Below, in pieces: positions 19,645 to 29,832 of a stretch of 64,000 nucleotides of DNA; position 1 is the first letter of the stretch, and each line of letters opens with the position of its first letter. The position numbers and the translations under genes are program-made. Where the stretch lies: assembly GCA_965226555.1 (NCBI GenBank), contig CBDDDG010000014.1, positions 128,001 through 192,000 on the forward strand, in the 5' to 3' direction. The notes under the pieces are model-generated. The model saw only the letters and a list, made by a program, of their open reading frames with translations, was not told the DNA's origin and searched no databases. Source of the stretch: Salinispira sp. GTDB lineage: Bacteria; Spirochaetota; Spirochaetia; DSM-27196; Salinispiraceae.

Positions 19645-20921
19645 TGCTGATCCTCTGTGTTCTGAGTTTCATGTTTCTGAGTTTCATTTTTCTGAATTGT
19701 GCTCTGTGTTTCATGCTGCCTGATATTGAGATCGCTTGTACTGCCTTTTTTCACCACAGCATCAATTTTTCCGTTATGGAATTCTATGGTAATGTCGGTT
19801 TCCATTCCTGCTCTCCCGCTGTCTGAAACAATTGCTCCGGCAGTGTTTCTGACGATGCTGTATCCCCGTTTGAGTACTGCGCGCGGATCGCAGGCAGTGA
19901 GCGCCCGGTACGTTAGTTCACTGCGCTGCCGAAGCGCGCCGATGAAGGCAGTTATCTGCTGTATGAGTACTTCCCGACGTTCATCGAGGGCAAGGCGGTG
20001 CGGATGAATACAGGAGCGGAAACTTTCTTCCAGCATTGTTTTGCGAAAGGGTCTGAGGGCAAGAGCCAGACGTTCCCGTATGCCGCCGAAGGCCTGAATA
20101 ATAATTCTTCCTGCGGTGATGACGCGCATTCTGAGTTCCTCTGCGGTGGCGCAGAGCATTTCAGCTGCCGCAGAGGGTGTGGGAGCGCGCAGATCTGCCG
20201 CAAAATCTGAAAGGGCCCAGTCAATTTCATGCCCGACAGCAGAAATGACCGGTGTGTTACACTGATATATCGCGTGTATCAGTTCTTCATCGCTGAAGGG
20301 AAGAAGGTCTTCAAGGCTGCCGCCGCCGCGGCTGAGAATAATGACATCTCCCAGCGATTCAGCCATGCGCAGTTTTCGGGCAATTTTCGGCCCCGCATCA
20401 ATTCCCTGAACAGGAATGTTTACGACACAAACATTCAGCCAAGCTGCGCGGCGCTTTATAACCCGGATAATATCACGGACTGCCGCTCCTGTTTCGGCGC
20501 TGAGAACAACAACCCTCAGCGGGAAGAAGGGGAGAGCTTTTTTGTGCTCGGAAGAAAAGAGCTCACTCAGACGCCGTTTTCGCTCTTCAAGCATCTGGAG
20601 AATACGTCCTTCGCCCCGTTCTTCAATGGATGCGCATATGAGCTGATAGCTTCCCCGCTGCGCATATACCGAGAGCTTTCCCCGCGCAAGAACCATCTGC
20701 CCGTTTACCGGCTGTACGGGGCCCTGCGAACCGCGGAACATTACGAGCTGTATCAGGGCATGTTCATCTTTGAGGCTGAAATACCAGTGACCGCTTGATG
20801 CCGAGCGAAAATTACTCACCTCACCCTCAACAAGAATGCGGGGGTATGAGCCTTCAAGCTTCAGTTTTATGTCCTGTGTGAGAGCGCTTACGCTATAGGG
20901 TTGGACAGAATCAACAATCAT
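19641..20921 (-). CDS. xseA: Exodeoxyribonuclease VII large subunit
   Basis: VEGEVSN..SSGHWYFSLKD, RGGGSLEDL, SAVGHEID, RAPTPSAAAE. Confidence 0.97.
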   Translation of the reverse strand: MIVDSVQPYSVSALTQDIKLKLEGSYPRILVEGEVSNFRSASSGHWYFSLKDEHALIQLVMFRGSQGPVQPVNGQMVLARGKLSVYAQRGSYQLICASIEERGEGRILQMLEERKRRLSELFSSEHKKALPFFPLRVVVLSAETGAAVRDIIRVIKRRAAWLNVCVVNIPVQGIDAGPKIARKLRMAESLGDVIILSRGGGSLEDLLPFSDEELIHAIYQCNTPVISAVGHEIDWALSDFAADLRAPTPSAAAEMLCATAEELRMRVITAGRIIIQAFGGIRERLALALRPFRKTMLEESFRSCIHPHRLALDERREVLIQQITAFIGALRQRSELTYRALTACDPRAVLKRGYSIVRNTAGAIVSDSGRAGMETDITIEFHNGKIDAVVKKGSTSDLNIRQHETQSTIQKNETQKHETQNTEDQQ

Positions 20922-20948
20922 GGGTAAGATTAGCAAGAGGATATACTT

Positions 20949-22589
20949 TTGACAAGTCTTGCCCCTGTTATAAACAGTCTGCTCTCAAAAAATACGCGTT
21001 CCTTACCGGCAGTACTATCTTTTCTCCGTACCTTCTCGGCTGAAGAGGGTATTGATGGAAAAATTGTCTATCTCCTAGTGCCGGAGACAACTGCTTCAGC
21101 AGCCTCCCTTCCTGAAGAAATTGCTGAAGAATTGGAAAAACTAACAGATTCTTCATTTCGCGTGCAGATAATTACCGTTGCATCATCTGAATCATCAACC
21201 TCACCGATCCCGCCCGCGCCGCCTCCCAATTCCTTCATCAGCCCCTTCACCATGGCCGATGTATTCGCGGCGCTTGAAAAAATTCTGGAAGATCGCAGGG
21301 AAATTAGCGGGATTTTTCACCTCTGGGCAGATGCCCCCTTTATGAACCTCCATGCCAACCGGGCAGTACTTGATCTTCATCGCCGCTATCTGAGCGAATA
21401 CATCTTTGCCGAGGGGTATCCGGCAGGTATTACTGGTTCCATTCTGGTAAGAGAGATCATTCCTGCCCTCAAAAAAGACGGGGAAAACATTTCCCTCAGG
21501 CGGAACGGAATTTTTGAAACCGTTCGCGTGAATATTAATGCCTACGATATCGAAACGGCTGTTTCTCCCCGAGATCTGCGGATGCTCCGCCTTGAATTGT
21601 TTACCGATCTTCAACGGAACATCCGCATATGCGAAAACCTTCCCCTGAAACAGGAAATGAAAACAGATGAACTCTGCCGGACTATTGAGCAGAATAAAAT
21701 GCTGTACCGAAGTCTTCCGGCATTCTTTGCGCTTCAATTAAGCGGGAAATATGCGCAGAACTGCTCATATCAGGTACTGCCCGACCTCCCCGATACAAAT
21801 GAATTCCTCTCTCCAGATAATTTCACCCTGATCTTAGAGAAAATTACAAAGTTTGTTGAAGACCCGATCATCAGCCTGTCACTCTGGGGTGAACTGTCGC
21901 TGCACCCCCACCTTCCGCAGATACTGGAAATTGCGCGTTCCTTTTCCTCTGCTGCCCGCTCCCCCCGCCCCCGCGCAGCCCCCCCCCGCGCAGCTACCCG
22001 ATTTCTTATTGAAACAAGCGGAATCGGCTGGAAAGCGGAAGCATGCGAAGAACTCGGAAAATTTCCTCCCGGCTCTCTTGATCTTATTCTCTGCCTCGAC
22101 AGTATTGATCCCGCGCTCTATGCACAGTTGAGAGGCAGCGGGTATGAAGAAGCCATGAAATTTGCAGAATGGGCGCGCGCCACATTTCCCGGACATTTTT
22201 ATGCGCAGGCTCTGCGTATGCTGGAAAACGAAGACCACCTCATACAATTCTCCCAGCACTGGAAGAAAGAGGGTGTTCGGTTCATTATTCAGAAATTCAA
22301 CAATTTTTCCAATTATCTCACACAGAAGCGGGTAGCAGATCTTTCACCCCTCAGAAGGCATGAATGCTGGCATGTAAAGCGGGATATGGTGGTCGACTTG
22401 AGCGGGCAGGTCTTTGCATGCCCCTCCCACAGTATCAATCAACAAGATAATCTCACTTACGGCAATCTTTTTACCGATGATATAAGAAAGATATGGGCTC
22501 GGGGAGAAAAACTTATGAACTCCCACGTGAAAAATGCGCTGCCCGAAATCTGTCAGACATGCGATGAGTGGTATACCTACAATTTTTGA
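20949..22589 (+). CDS. Spiro-SPASM protein (radical-SAM-like, SPASM domain)
   Basis: FAEGYPAG, INAYDIET, RHECWHVKRDM..G.VFAC, CQTCDEWYTYNF. Confidence 0.88.
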   Translation: MTSLAPVINSLLSKNTRSLPAVLSFLRTFSAEEGIDGKIVYLLVPETTASAASLPEEIAEELEKLTDSSFRVQIITVASSESSTSPIPPAPPPNSFISPFTMADVFAALEKILEDRREISGIFHLWADAPFMNLHANRAVLDLHRRYLSEYIFAEGYPAGITGSILVREIIPALKKDGENISLRRNGIFETVRVNINAYDIETAVSPRDLRMLRLELFTDLQRNIRICENLPLKQEMKTDELCRTIEQNKMLYRSLPAFFALQLSGKYAQNCSYQVLPDLPDTNEFLSPDNFTLILEKITKFVEDPIISLSLWGELSLHPHLPQILEIARSFSSAARSPRPRAAPPRAATRFLIETSGIGWKAEACEELGKFPPGSLDLILCLDSIDPALYAQLRGSGYEEAMKFAEWARATFPGHFYAQALRMLENEDHLIQFSQHWKKEGVRFIIQKFNNFSNYLTQKRVADLSPLRRHECWHVKRDMVVDLSGQVFACPSHSINQQDNLTYGNLFTDDIRKIWARGEKLMNSHVKNALPEICQTCDEWYTYNF

Positions 22590-23535
22590 CATTCGGAAAA
22601 ACTATACTGTCCTCGGGCGGGGGCCTGAAAACCGCATTTCACGCTTCGGCTTATCTGTTCTGCAGCTGGTGCGCGATAGAAAGTACCAGCGGACGGAAGA
22701 TATACGAAAGATCGCTTCACGAAATTTTTCAGATGTTATTGTCATGCTTCCGAGAGACAACATTCTCCCCTATGAAGAATTAGTCTCTGAATTTTCGAAT
22801 CTCAGGCTCATACTCTTTGATCCCCATTTTTATCGTCAGAGCAGTATCGGCGCTCTCATCAATGCCGGAATTATTGAGGCGCGATGTGAATTTGTGGCCC
22901 TTGTCTGGAATGGAGTCAATATCATATTCGATATGAAACTTCTTCAGCATATGGATCGGGAAACACTCTGCTACCTTCCATACATTCAGGACAACAAAGG
23001 GAGAATCATTCCCAGTTTTTTCGTGCCGACCCCAACGAAGGCAGGAAGGAAAGAACACTTTGTAGAACCTCAGCCCATACTCCCTTCCGAAAACGAGAAC
23101 CAGAGCCTCTTCCCCTGCGACTATTCCGGAATATATGTTAAAGAGCGTTTTACCCGCTGCGGCGGTTTCGATGCGCATATGAACAATCCTTACTGGCAGA
23201 AACTTGAATTCGGCTACCGCGCGCGGCTGTGGGGAGAACGCCTGCAGCATCTGCCCGGATTAAAAATTGAATATGCCGAGGAACTCCAGCCCGAGGAGAC
23301 CACCCCCGATGAAGATTATCTGCGCTTCTATCTGAGAATTCTGGCAGTGTTGTATACCGGCGATTACGCAAAGCTCCCCATAAAGAAATTCTGGCCGTAT
23401 TTTCGCGCAGGAAATTGCGGTATTCCCGCGGCTCTCAGGAATTTCATGCGTGAGAGACAGTGGATTAAGAAACACGCCTATAATTATCGTTTTGATGCCC
23501 GCCAGATGGTGGAGCTGTGGGGAGAGAATGTATGA
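22564..23535 (+). CDS. Glycosyltransferase family 2-like protein
   Basis: GGFD..NPYWQKLEFGYRARLWG; context. Confidence 0.7.
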   Translation: MSGIPTIFDIRKNYTVLGRGPENRISRFGLSVLQLVRDRKYQRTEDIRKIASRNFSDVIVMLPRDNILPYEELVSEFSNLRLILFDPHFYRQSSIGALINAGIIEARCEFVALVWNGVNIIFDMKLLQHMDRETLCYLPYIQDNKGRIIPSFFVPTPTKAGRKEHFVEPQPILPSENENQSLFPCDYSGIYVKERFTRCGGFDAHMNNPYWQKLEFGYRARLWGERLQHLPGLKIEYAEELQPEETTPDEDYLRFYLRILAVLYTGDYAKLPIKKFWPYFRAGNCGIPAALRNFMRERQWIKKHAYNYRFDARQMVELWGENV

Positions 23536-24206
23536 GAACAGCTGTTTTTCTCCAGGCCCGGCTGAGTTCACAGCGTCTGCCGCACAAAATACTTCTGAAT
23601 CTTGGCGGCAGGACGGTACTTGAACAGACTATGCTCCGTCTCAATTCTGTGCAGGCCGATTATCATGTTGTGCTCACCGACAGAGACAGCTTCCCTATTG
23701 TCCGCGACATTGCATTCAAAGCCGGCTGGGGCAGCTTCAAAGGTCCGGGGAATGATGTTCTTGCGCGCTATATTTTTGCTGCCCGTCATTATGGTGTTGA
23801 TGTTATTGTACGGGCAACGGCAGACAATCCTCTGGTAAGTTTTGAACTTGCCAATGTGCTCATTGAATCGCAGTTCACCAATTCTGTTGACTATCGGAGC
23901 CATATCGAACTGCCCTACGGCGCAGGGGTTGAAATAATTCGGACATCGGCACTTGAAAAGGCCTTCTCTGAAACACAGCTATTGTCCGATCATGAACACG
24001 TTACCCCCTACGTGTACAACAATCCCGACCGGTTCACCGTGCGCCGTGAGCAGGCTCCACCGCAATTCGCCAATCCCGATCTGCGCATTACTCTCGATAA
24101 TGAAGAAGATTACCGATTCCTGTGTTCTCTGTATCGGAACTATGGACTCAAGCAGTCCACGCCCCTTTCAGATCTTCTTGGGAAGATGTATCCTGTAATG
24201 GTATGA
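23532..24206 (+). CDS. spsF: SpsF-like cytidylyltransferase
   Basis: LQARLSSQRLPHKIL, DVLARY, VRATADNP, EHVTPY, RITLD. Confidence 0.85.
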   Translation: MRTAVFLQARLSSQRLPHKILLNLGGRTVLEQTMLRLNSVQADYHVVLTDRDSFPIVRDIAFKAGWGSFKGPGNDVLARYIFAARHYGVDVIVRATADNPLVSFELANVLIESQFTNSVDYRSHIELPYGAGVEIIRTSALEKAFSETQLLSDHEHVTPYVYNNPDRFTVRREQAPPQFANPDLRITLDNEEDYRFLCSLYRNYGLKQSTPLSDLLGKMYPVMV

Positions 24207-26560
24207 TCACATACCTCCTCTGCCCAGCGCTCCCTCCTCTGAACGGAAGGGGGCACCTTATGCGGATGATTCGGCTGCAAAAACAATTGGCGCATTCCCG
24301 CATCTATATTCCTGCTGATATTTCCCCCGATGCCTGGAGTGATACATTCAGGAACATTTCCGCCGATGCCGACTGCCGCATTGTGAATGATCCGGGTGAA
24401 CCAAAGCTCATTGTTCTGGACATGCCCTGGATTGATGAGGCTGATCTTGAAGATTTTCAGCGCAGGGCGCCGGTTCTCGCTCTGGATCTCGGCGGCAGCG
24501 GACGTTTCCGTGCTTCCTTTCTTATAGACACCCTCCCGTATCCGGGATACAGAGCGCATTCCCGGCACTTCCTCCCTTTCCGCCGCCCCCCTTTCCGCGG
24601 CCGAGCTTTGAAAGTCAGCCGCCTGCAATATCGGCAATATCGGCAGCATCGGGTCGGCTGCGCATCACGCGAAGAACCAAACATTTTCCAGCCATCCTTC
24701 CTTTTTGATCAGCTCGATCAGAAAATTGATGGCAGCCCCCATTCCGACAGCCGTGCATCATCGCCGCGGAGCAGTGGTCACCGAACTGCATCGCATTCGC
24801 GCGCGACATCGAAAACAGAGCGGATACTCGTGAATTTCGGCGGGGCCGATCCGGCAGGTTTAACATCGCGTTTTGCCGCAAAACTCGGTGATCTTCTTCT
24901 TTCCCTCTGTTCCGGGAGAATCATAGTTTTCGATCAGCTTGATCAGCTTGACCAGCTTGACAATCGGCGCCCCCCTTTACCGGAAACATGGGAATACATT
25001 TCTCCCGTTGAGTCTCTGTATGATCTTTTTCAGGAAACCGATTTGTATATATGCCACTATGGCATCAGCGCATGGGAGGCGCAGCGCGCGGGTGTAAGGA
25101 CAATTATTCTTGATGTTTCAGAGTATCACCGGAAACTGGCAGAGCTTTCCGGTTTTATCTCCCTTCCTCTTGAACAATTGGAAAGCTGCGGCAGCGCATG
25201 GACCCGAAACCGGAACAGTGCATTCCACCGCCCGAAAGCGCTCCGTGCCGCGGGATATCGCGCCGCGGGATATCGCAGCGCGTGGAACCGCAATACAATA
25301 CCATCGCTGGAAGCGCGTTTGCAGTCGCAAATTCAGCAGGTTCAGAGCATAGTGCCCCGTTCGCTTGCAGAATACATTGCGTCTCTCGAACCCAGCGGCA
25401 ACCCCAGCGGCAACCCCAGCGGCAACCCCAGCGGCAACCCCAGCGGCAACCCCAGCGGCAACCCCAGCGGCAACCCCAGCGGCAACCCCAGCGGCAACCC
25501 CAGCGGCAACCCCAGCGGCAACCCCAGCGGCAACCCCAGCGGCAACCCCAGCGGCTCTTCCGCCCGCCGAGCCTGCCCAGCCCGATCCGCCTGCCCCGCC
25601 TGCCCCGCCTGCCCCGCCTGCCCCGCCTGCGGAAACAGAAAAAACAACAGTAGCGTAACACGGAATGCTGAACGAAGCTATTTCTGCTGCTCTGAATGCG
25701 GACTCATCTATCTGCTGCGGCTCATTCCTTCAGAAATTACCTATGGAAACGCGTATTTCTTTGAGCAGTACCGCGCGCAGTACGGCAAAACCTACCTTGA
25801 AGATTTCGATAATATCACCGCCCTCAGCAGGCAGCGCCTCAAAATCATACGGAAAATACAGCATTCCCGCCCCGCGGCAAAATCTGGAAAAAACCATACA
25901 AAACCGCGCCTGCTCGATATCGGCTGCGCCTACGGTCCCGCGGCAAAATCTGGAAAAGACCATACAAAACCGCGCCTGCTCGATATCGGCTGCGCCTACG
26001 GTCCCTTTCTGAAGGCAGCATCGGAGAGCGGGTACGCGCCGGAAGGCATCGATATCAATGCGGAAGCGGTCGCCTATGTGAATACAGCGCTCGACATTCC
26101 TGCCGCGCAGGGCAACATACAACACGAAACCTTCCGGGATAATTTCAGCGCCGAATACTACGATGTCGTTACCATGTGGTATGTTATTGAGCATTTTCCC
26201 GAGCTCTGCGGCATCATGGATTGGCTCCGTCACATCCTGAAGCCCGGCGGCATCCTCGCCATCGCCACGCCCAACAGTCTGGGTATTTCCGGGCGAAAAA
26301 ATCTCCCCGAATTTCTGAAAACGGCTCCCGAAGATCATTACAGCGTATGGAATCAGCGGCAGGCCATGAATATCGGCCGCAGATATGGATTCCGCATTGC
26401 CCGCCTGCGTTCGGTTGGGCATCATGGTGAGCGCTTCCCCGGAATGTGGGGCGGAAGTGTACTGCGGAATTTCTCAACCACCCTCAGCAAGCTCTTTTTT
26501 TTGGGAGATAGTCTGGAGATATACTTTGTCAGGGAACAATTAGGGAATAGAATGCGATGA
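24203..26560 (+). CDS. PseG/SpsG-like domain fused to Zn-ribbon class I SAM methyltransferase
   Basis: GRGHLMR, LVNFGGADP; CxxC pairs; LLDIGCAYG; YVIEH; LKPGG. Confidence 0.85.
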   Translation: MITYLLCPALPPLNGRGHLMRMIRLQKQLAHSRIYIPADISPDAWSDTFRNISADADCRIVNDPGEPKLIVLDMPWIDEADLEDFQRRAPVLALDLGGSGRFRASFLIDTLPYPGYRAHSRHFLPFRRPPFRGRALKVSRLQYRQYRQHRVGCASREEPNIFQPSFLFDQLDQKIDGSPHSDSRASSPRSSGHRTASHSRATSKTERILVNFGGADPAGLTSRFAAKLGDLLLSLCSGRIIVFDQLDQLDQLDNRRPPLPETWEYISPVESLYDLFQETDLYICHYGISAWEAQRAGVRTIILDVSEYHRKLAELSGFISLPLEQLESCGSAWTRNRNSAFHRPKALRAAGYRAAGYRSAWNRNTIPSLEARLQSQIQQVQSIVPRSLAEYIASLEPSGNPSGNPSGNPSGNPSGNPSGNPSGNPSGNPSGNPSGNPSGNPSGNPSGNPSGSSARRACPARSACPACPACPACPACGNRKNNSSVTRNAERSYFCCSECGLIYLLRLIPSEITYGNAYFFEQYRAQYGKTYLEDFDNITALSRQRLKIIRKIQHSRPAAKSGKNHTKPRLLDIGCAYGPAAKSGKDHTKPRLLDIGCAYGPFLKAASESGYAPEGIDINAEAVAYVNTALDIPAAQGNIQHETFRDNFSAEYYDVVTMWYVIEHFPELCGIMDWLRHILKPGGILAIATPNSLGISGRKNLPEFLKTAPEDHYSVWNQRQAMNIGRRYGFRIARLRSVGHHGERFPGMWGGSVLRNFSTTLSKLFFLGDSLEIYFVREQLGNRMR
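25391..25555 (+). repeat. Perfect 12-bp VNTR (cccagcggcaac) x13.75 encoding (PSGN)n
   Basis: Direct count, 165 bp. Confidence 0.97.
25871..26002 (+). repeat. 66-bp in-frame tandem duplication (one mismatch)
   Basis: PAAKSGK(N/D)HTKPRLLDIGCAYG twice. Confidence 0.95.
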
Positions 26561-28278
26561 GAAACACAGGGCAGACCTTCCATAGCGATTGTTTTGTTCA
26601 GACAGAACAAACTACGCGCTTTCTCAATGAGCGGAGCATGCGGAAGAAGGAAAAGCGGAGCATTTTTTTTCTCGGCGCCGGTATTCTTCAAATCCCCGGC
26701 ATCTATCTCGCCCGTAAAATGGGGCTTACTGTGCATGCGGCCGATGCAAATTCCTCTGCTCCCGGCCTTGAGCTGGCGGATGTCTTTCATCACATTGATC
26801 TTGGAGATATCACCGGCTTAACGGAGGCTGCCGTACACCTTAAAGACCGGCAGGGGCTCGATGGGGTACTTACCATCGGTACCGATTTTTCACTGTCGGT
26901 TGCCCACATTGCCGCCGCATGCGCGCTGCCGGGAATTTCAGTAGATGCCGCCCTCAATGCAAGCCGGAAAGACCGCATGAGAGCCGTTCTTCAGGATGCG
27001 GGGCTTCCGGTGCCGCGCTTTGCAGTCCTCGATACACGAACAGAAATGGATGCGCAGCTCAGGTATCTGCGCGGGCTGAGGTATCCGCTGGTAAGTAAAC
27101 CTATTCAGAACATGGGGGCGAGGGGCGTGAGGGAAATTTCTTCATTCGGGGAAATAACAGAGGCAGTTTCAGAATCTGCCGCATACTCACACAATGCTGT
27201 GGTGCTTGTTGAAGAAAAAATTATCGGTTCCGAATACAGTCTTGACAGTCTGATATTCAATGACTCCTTTCATCCCATGGGTATTGCCCGCCGTTATATC
27301 GATTATCCTCCGTATTTTATTGAGAGGGGGCATAGTTTTCCTTCTGATCTTTCAGCAGAGCAGGAGCATGAGATGTTTGAAGCGCTCAGGAAGGCGGCTG
27401 AGGTTTTGGGTATTACTACCGGCGCTGCCAAGGGCGATATATTTTTTACCGATCGGGGGCCGGTAATCGGAGAAATTGCGGCGCGCCTTTCAGGCGGGTT
27501 TATGTCCGGTTGGACATTTCCGCTTCATTCAGGCATACACCCCGCAATCGGCGCCATTCTTGCTGCGCTTGGCGAGAGCCTGCCCCCCCATATGGCCGCA
27601 GCGCCTTTACAGCTCCATCCGGTTTCCGAGCGCGGTATTGTTTCCGTTCCGGGTGTTATCCGTTCAATACATCATACTACTTCCACGCGCGCCGATTCTC
27701 CCTATTGTTTTATGTCTGCGCAGGAAGGCGATACTGTCAATTTCCCAACAAACAACGTGGAAAAATGCGGTAATGTTATTTGGCGGAGCAGTCCTGAAAA
27801 AGGAGAGGAGGCAGTCGCAGGCTGTTTTCTGCCGCTGCGAATGGAGGGGGAGAAAAAATTCAGAGAACTATTATTGGCCAATTTTCCTCCCGCCTACCCG
27901 GGAATTATGAAAAAATTACAGAACTGTAGTATGCGCCTGCATGGTACCCTGTCAGCTGCGGAACTGCCAATTCCCGATTTCATACTGAATTCCGATGAAA
28001 AAGACTGGAATTATCGAACAATACCTCAGTCGCTTGAAGCAATACGGTATTTCAGACCGCATTTTTCTTGGCGTTGCCGGAATGCCAGCAAAACAGACCC
28101 TTATGGAACATGGACAACAGCGCAGCTCAATTTTCTTACCGCCTTGCTGAAGGGAGGCTTTCAGGCTGCGTTATATTATATTGAGCTTGAACAAAAACTA
28201 ACCGAAAAAAAAATAAGCCCCTATTGGAAACTTTTGCATTGGAACATATGCTTATCAAGGATTATTGCTGATGACTAA
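26557..28278 (+). CDS. ATP-grasp domain protein
   Basis: LGAGILQ, KDRMR, SKP..MGARGV, EEKIIG.EYS, EIAARLSGG; start may be 26638. Confidence 0.88.
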   Translation: MRNTGQTFHSDCFVQTEQTTRFLNERSMRKKEKRSIFFLGAGILQIPGIYLARKMGLTVHAADANSSAPGLELADVFHHIDLGDITGLTEAAVHLKDRQGLDGVLTIGTDFSLSVAHIAAACALPGISVDAALNASRKDRMRAVLQDAGLPVPRFAVLDTRTEMDAQLRYLRGLRYPLVSKPIQNMGARGVREISSFGEITEAVSESAAYSHNAVVLVEEKIIGSEYSLDSLIFNDSFHPMGIARRYIDYPPYFIERGHSFPSDLSAEQEHEMFEALRKAAEVLGITTGAAKGDIFFTDRGPVIGEIAARLSGGFMSGWTFPLHSGIHPAIGAILAALGESLPPHMAAAPLQLHPVSERGIVSVPGVIRSIHHTTSTRADSPYCFMSAQEGDTVNFPTNNVEKCGNVIWRSSPEKGEEAVAGCFLPLRMEGEKKFRELLLANFPPAYPGIMKKLQNCSMRLHGTLSAAELPIPDFILNSDEKDWNYRTIPQSLEAIRYFRPHFSWRCRNASKTDPYGTWTTAQLNFLTALLKGGFQAALYYIELEQKLTEKKISPYWKLLHWNICLSRIIADD

Positions 28279-29278
28279 AGGCCTATGGATCATTATTCTC
28301 ACTTTTTATGTATCTCTCTTTTCGGTATCTGCCGATATACGTCTTACCGACTTCCTCGCAGATCACAGTTTCCGCCTCTACTGGGATGACATCAGTCAGC
28401 GGGGGATGATCTGGAGAGGTACAGAACTCATCTCATTTATGCCGGATTTTCCGCTTGCGGCAGTGAACCTCAGAGAATTTATTCCCATAGATCCACTCTA
28501 TATCAGCAACGGAAACCTGTATATTCCAGAAAAAACAGGCGCGCTCATAGCAGAACGCCTTCTGCCCCGGGACACTGAGGAGTTCCGTACGGTAGATACA
28601 ATATTTATTGACCCCGGGCACGGAGGCAAGGACCCGGGAGCGGTGGGAACACTCGCATCGGGGAAGAGTGTATTTGAAAAAGATATTGTTCTTGCTGTCA
28701 GCCGGCAATTGCTTGAGTTTCTGCGTATGCGCTTTCCCGAAAAAAGAATTATTCTTTCCCGCGATACCGATCATTTTCTTACGCTTGAAGAACGCACGGA
28801 AATGGCCAATGAGTTTATTGAAAGTAACGATGAAAAGGTCATATTTCTAAGTGTTCATGCGAACGCGAGCCTTAACAAACAGGCGCGGGGCATTGAGCTG
28901 TGGTATCTGCCCCCGGAGCATCGGCGTCAGGTTATTCAGGCAGGCAATATCAATTCCGAAAACACTTCGGTATTGCCCATTCTCAACACACTTCTTGAGG
29001 AAGAATACACGCTCGAAAGCATTATTCTTGCCCGCTACATTGAACAGGAAATGCTGGGTCAGTTAGGGGGGCTCAGTCCTTCCCGCGGTCTGAAAGAAAT
29101 GGACTGGCATGTTGTGCGAAAGGCGCGCATGCCCTCAGTTCTCATTGAGCTCGGCTTTATTACGAACAAGACAGAGGTTGAATTGTTGCACAATGCCGAC
29201 TACTTGCGGAAGTTGAGTACAGGAATATACAATGGCCTTGTCAATTTTATTCAGGATTTTGAAAGTGTATCTCAGTAA
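28271..29278 (+). CDS. N-acetylmuramoyl-L-alanine amidase (Amidase_3)
   Basis: IDPGHGGKDPGA, EKDI, LSVHANA, PSVLIELGFITN. Confidence 0.95.
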   Translation: MTKGLWIIILTFYVSLFSVSADIRLTDFLADHSFRLYWDDISQRGMIWRGTELISFMPDFPLAAVNLREFIPIDPLYISNGNLYIPEKTGALIAERLLPRDTEEFRTVDTIFIDPGHGGKDPGAVGTLASGKSVFEKDIVLAVSRQLLEFLRMRFPEKRIILSRDTDHFLTLEERTEMANEFIESNDEKVIFLSVHANASLNKQARGIELWYLPPEHRRQVIQAGNINSENTSVLPILNTLLEEEYTLESIILARYIEQEMLGQLGGLSPSRGLKEMDWHVVRKARMPSVLIELGFITNKTEVELLHNADYLRKLSTGIYNGLVNFIQDFESVSQ

Positions 29279-29771
29279 AATTCGTTTCATCGGAGAAAAA
29301 CCTTTTCGTTTTATCGGAGAAAAACCCCTGCTTCTTGTCATGGCGGCATTCTTTTTCATTTCATTATTTTTTATACTCTTTCATCAAAGAGGAGTGGAAA
29401 AGGTTATCTTTTTCTTTCCCGATGACGTCTATGCGACTGTTAACAGAGAGTACCGGATCATTCCCCGCAAACGCGGTCTGACAGAAAGGGTAGGAGCGTA
29501 TATGGATGAATATATCCTCGGCCCCTCCGATTTTCGTTCGCATATCATTTTTTCGCGCGATTCAACTATTCAGTCCCTGTTTTATCTGAGGGGAGGTGAT
29601 ATGATACTTAATCTCCAGCCCAATTCTTTACAGACAACGGACGAAATCAGCATGGATACCGCGCTTACCATGGTTCGTGAAGGAATACAGATAAATTTTC
29701 CCAGAATAAGAACAGTCCGTTTTCTTATGCAGGGGCAGGAAATGTTCGCAACGCCGTATGGCGCCGAATAA
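29265..29771 (+). CDS. Membrane-anchored protein, possibly GerMN-like
   Basis: N-terminal TM helix; follows amidase; start uncertain. Confidence 0.6.
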   Translation: MYLSKIRFIGEKPFRFIGEKPLLLVMAAFFFISLFFILFHQRGVEKVIFFFPDDVYATVNREYRIIPRKRGLTERVGAYMDEYILGPSDFRSHIIFSRDSTIQSLFYLRGGDMILNLQPNSLQTTDEISMDTALTMVREGIQINFPRIRTVRFLMQGQEMFATPYGAE

Positions 29772-29832
29772 TGACCCGAGCAGAGAAATGGCATGATGCG
29801 CAAAGGTCCACGCTGTTCTATTTGAGCATCCG

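Noticed and set aside
19000..19723. ORFs reading through the GC repeat array
   Set aside because: Low-complexity translations of repeat DNA, partly antisense to xseB.
20949..22589. Radical-SAM-like protein lacking CxxxCxxC as a novelty
   Set aside because: To my knowledge this is a described trait of the spiro-SPASM family and its conserved spirochete cluster.
25155..25661. Several ORFs with (WGCR)n, (QRQP)n, (PAAT)n, (LPLG)n
   Set aside because: Alternative frames of the 12-bp VNTR.
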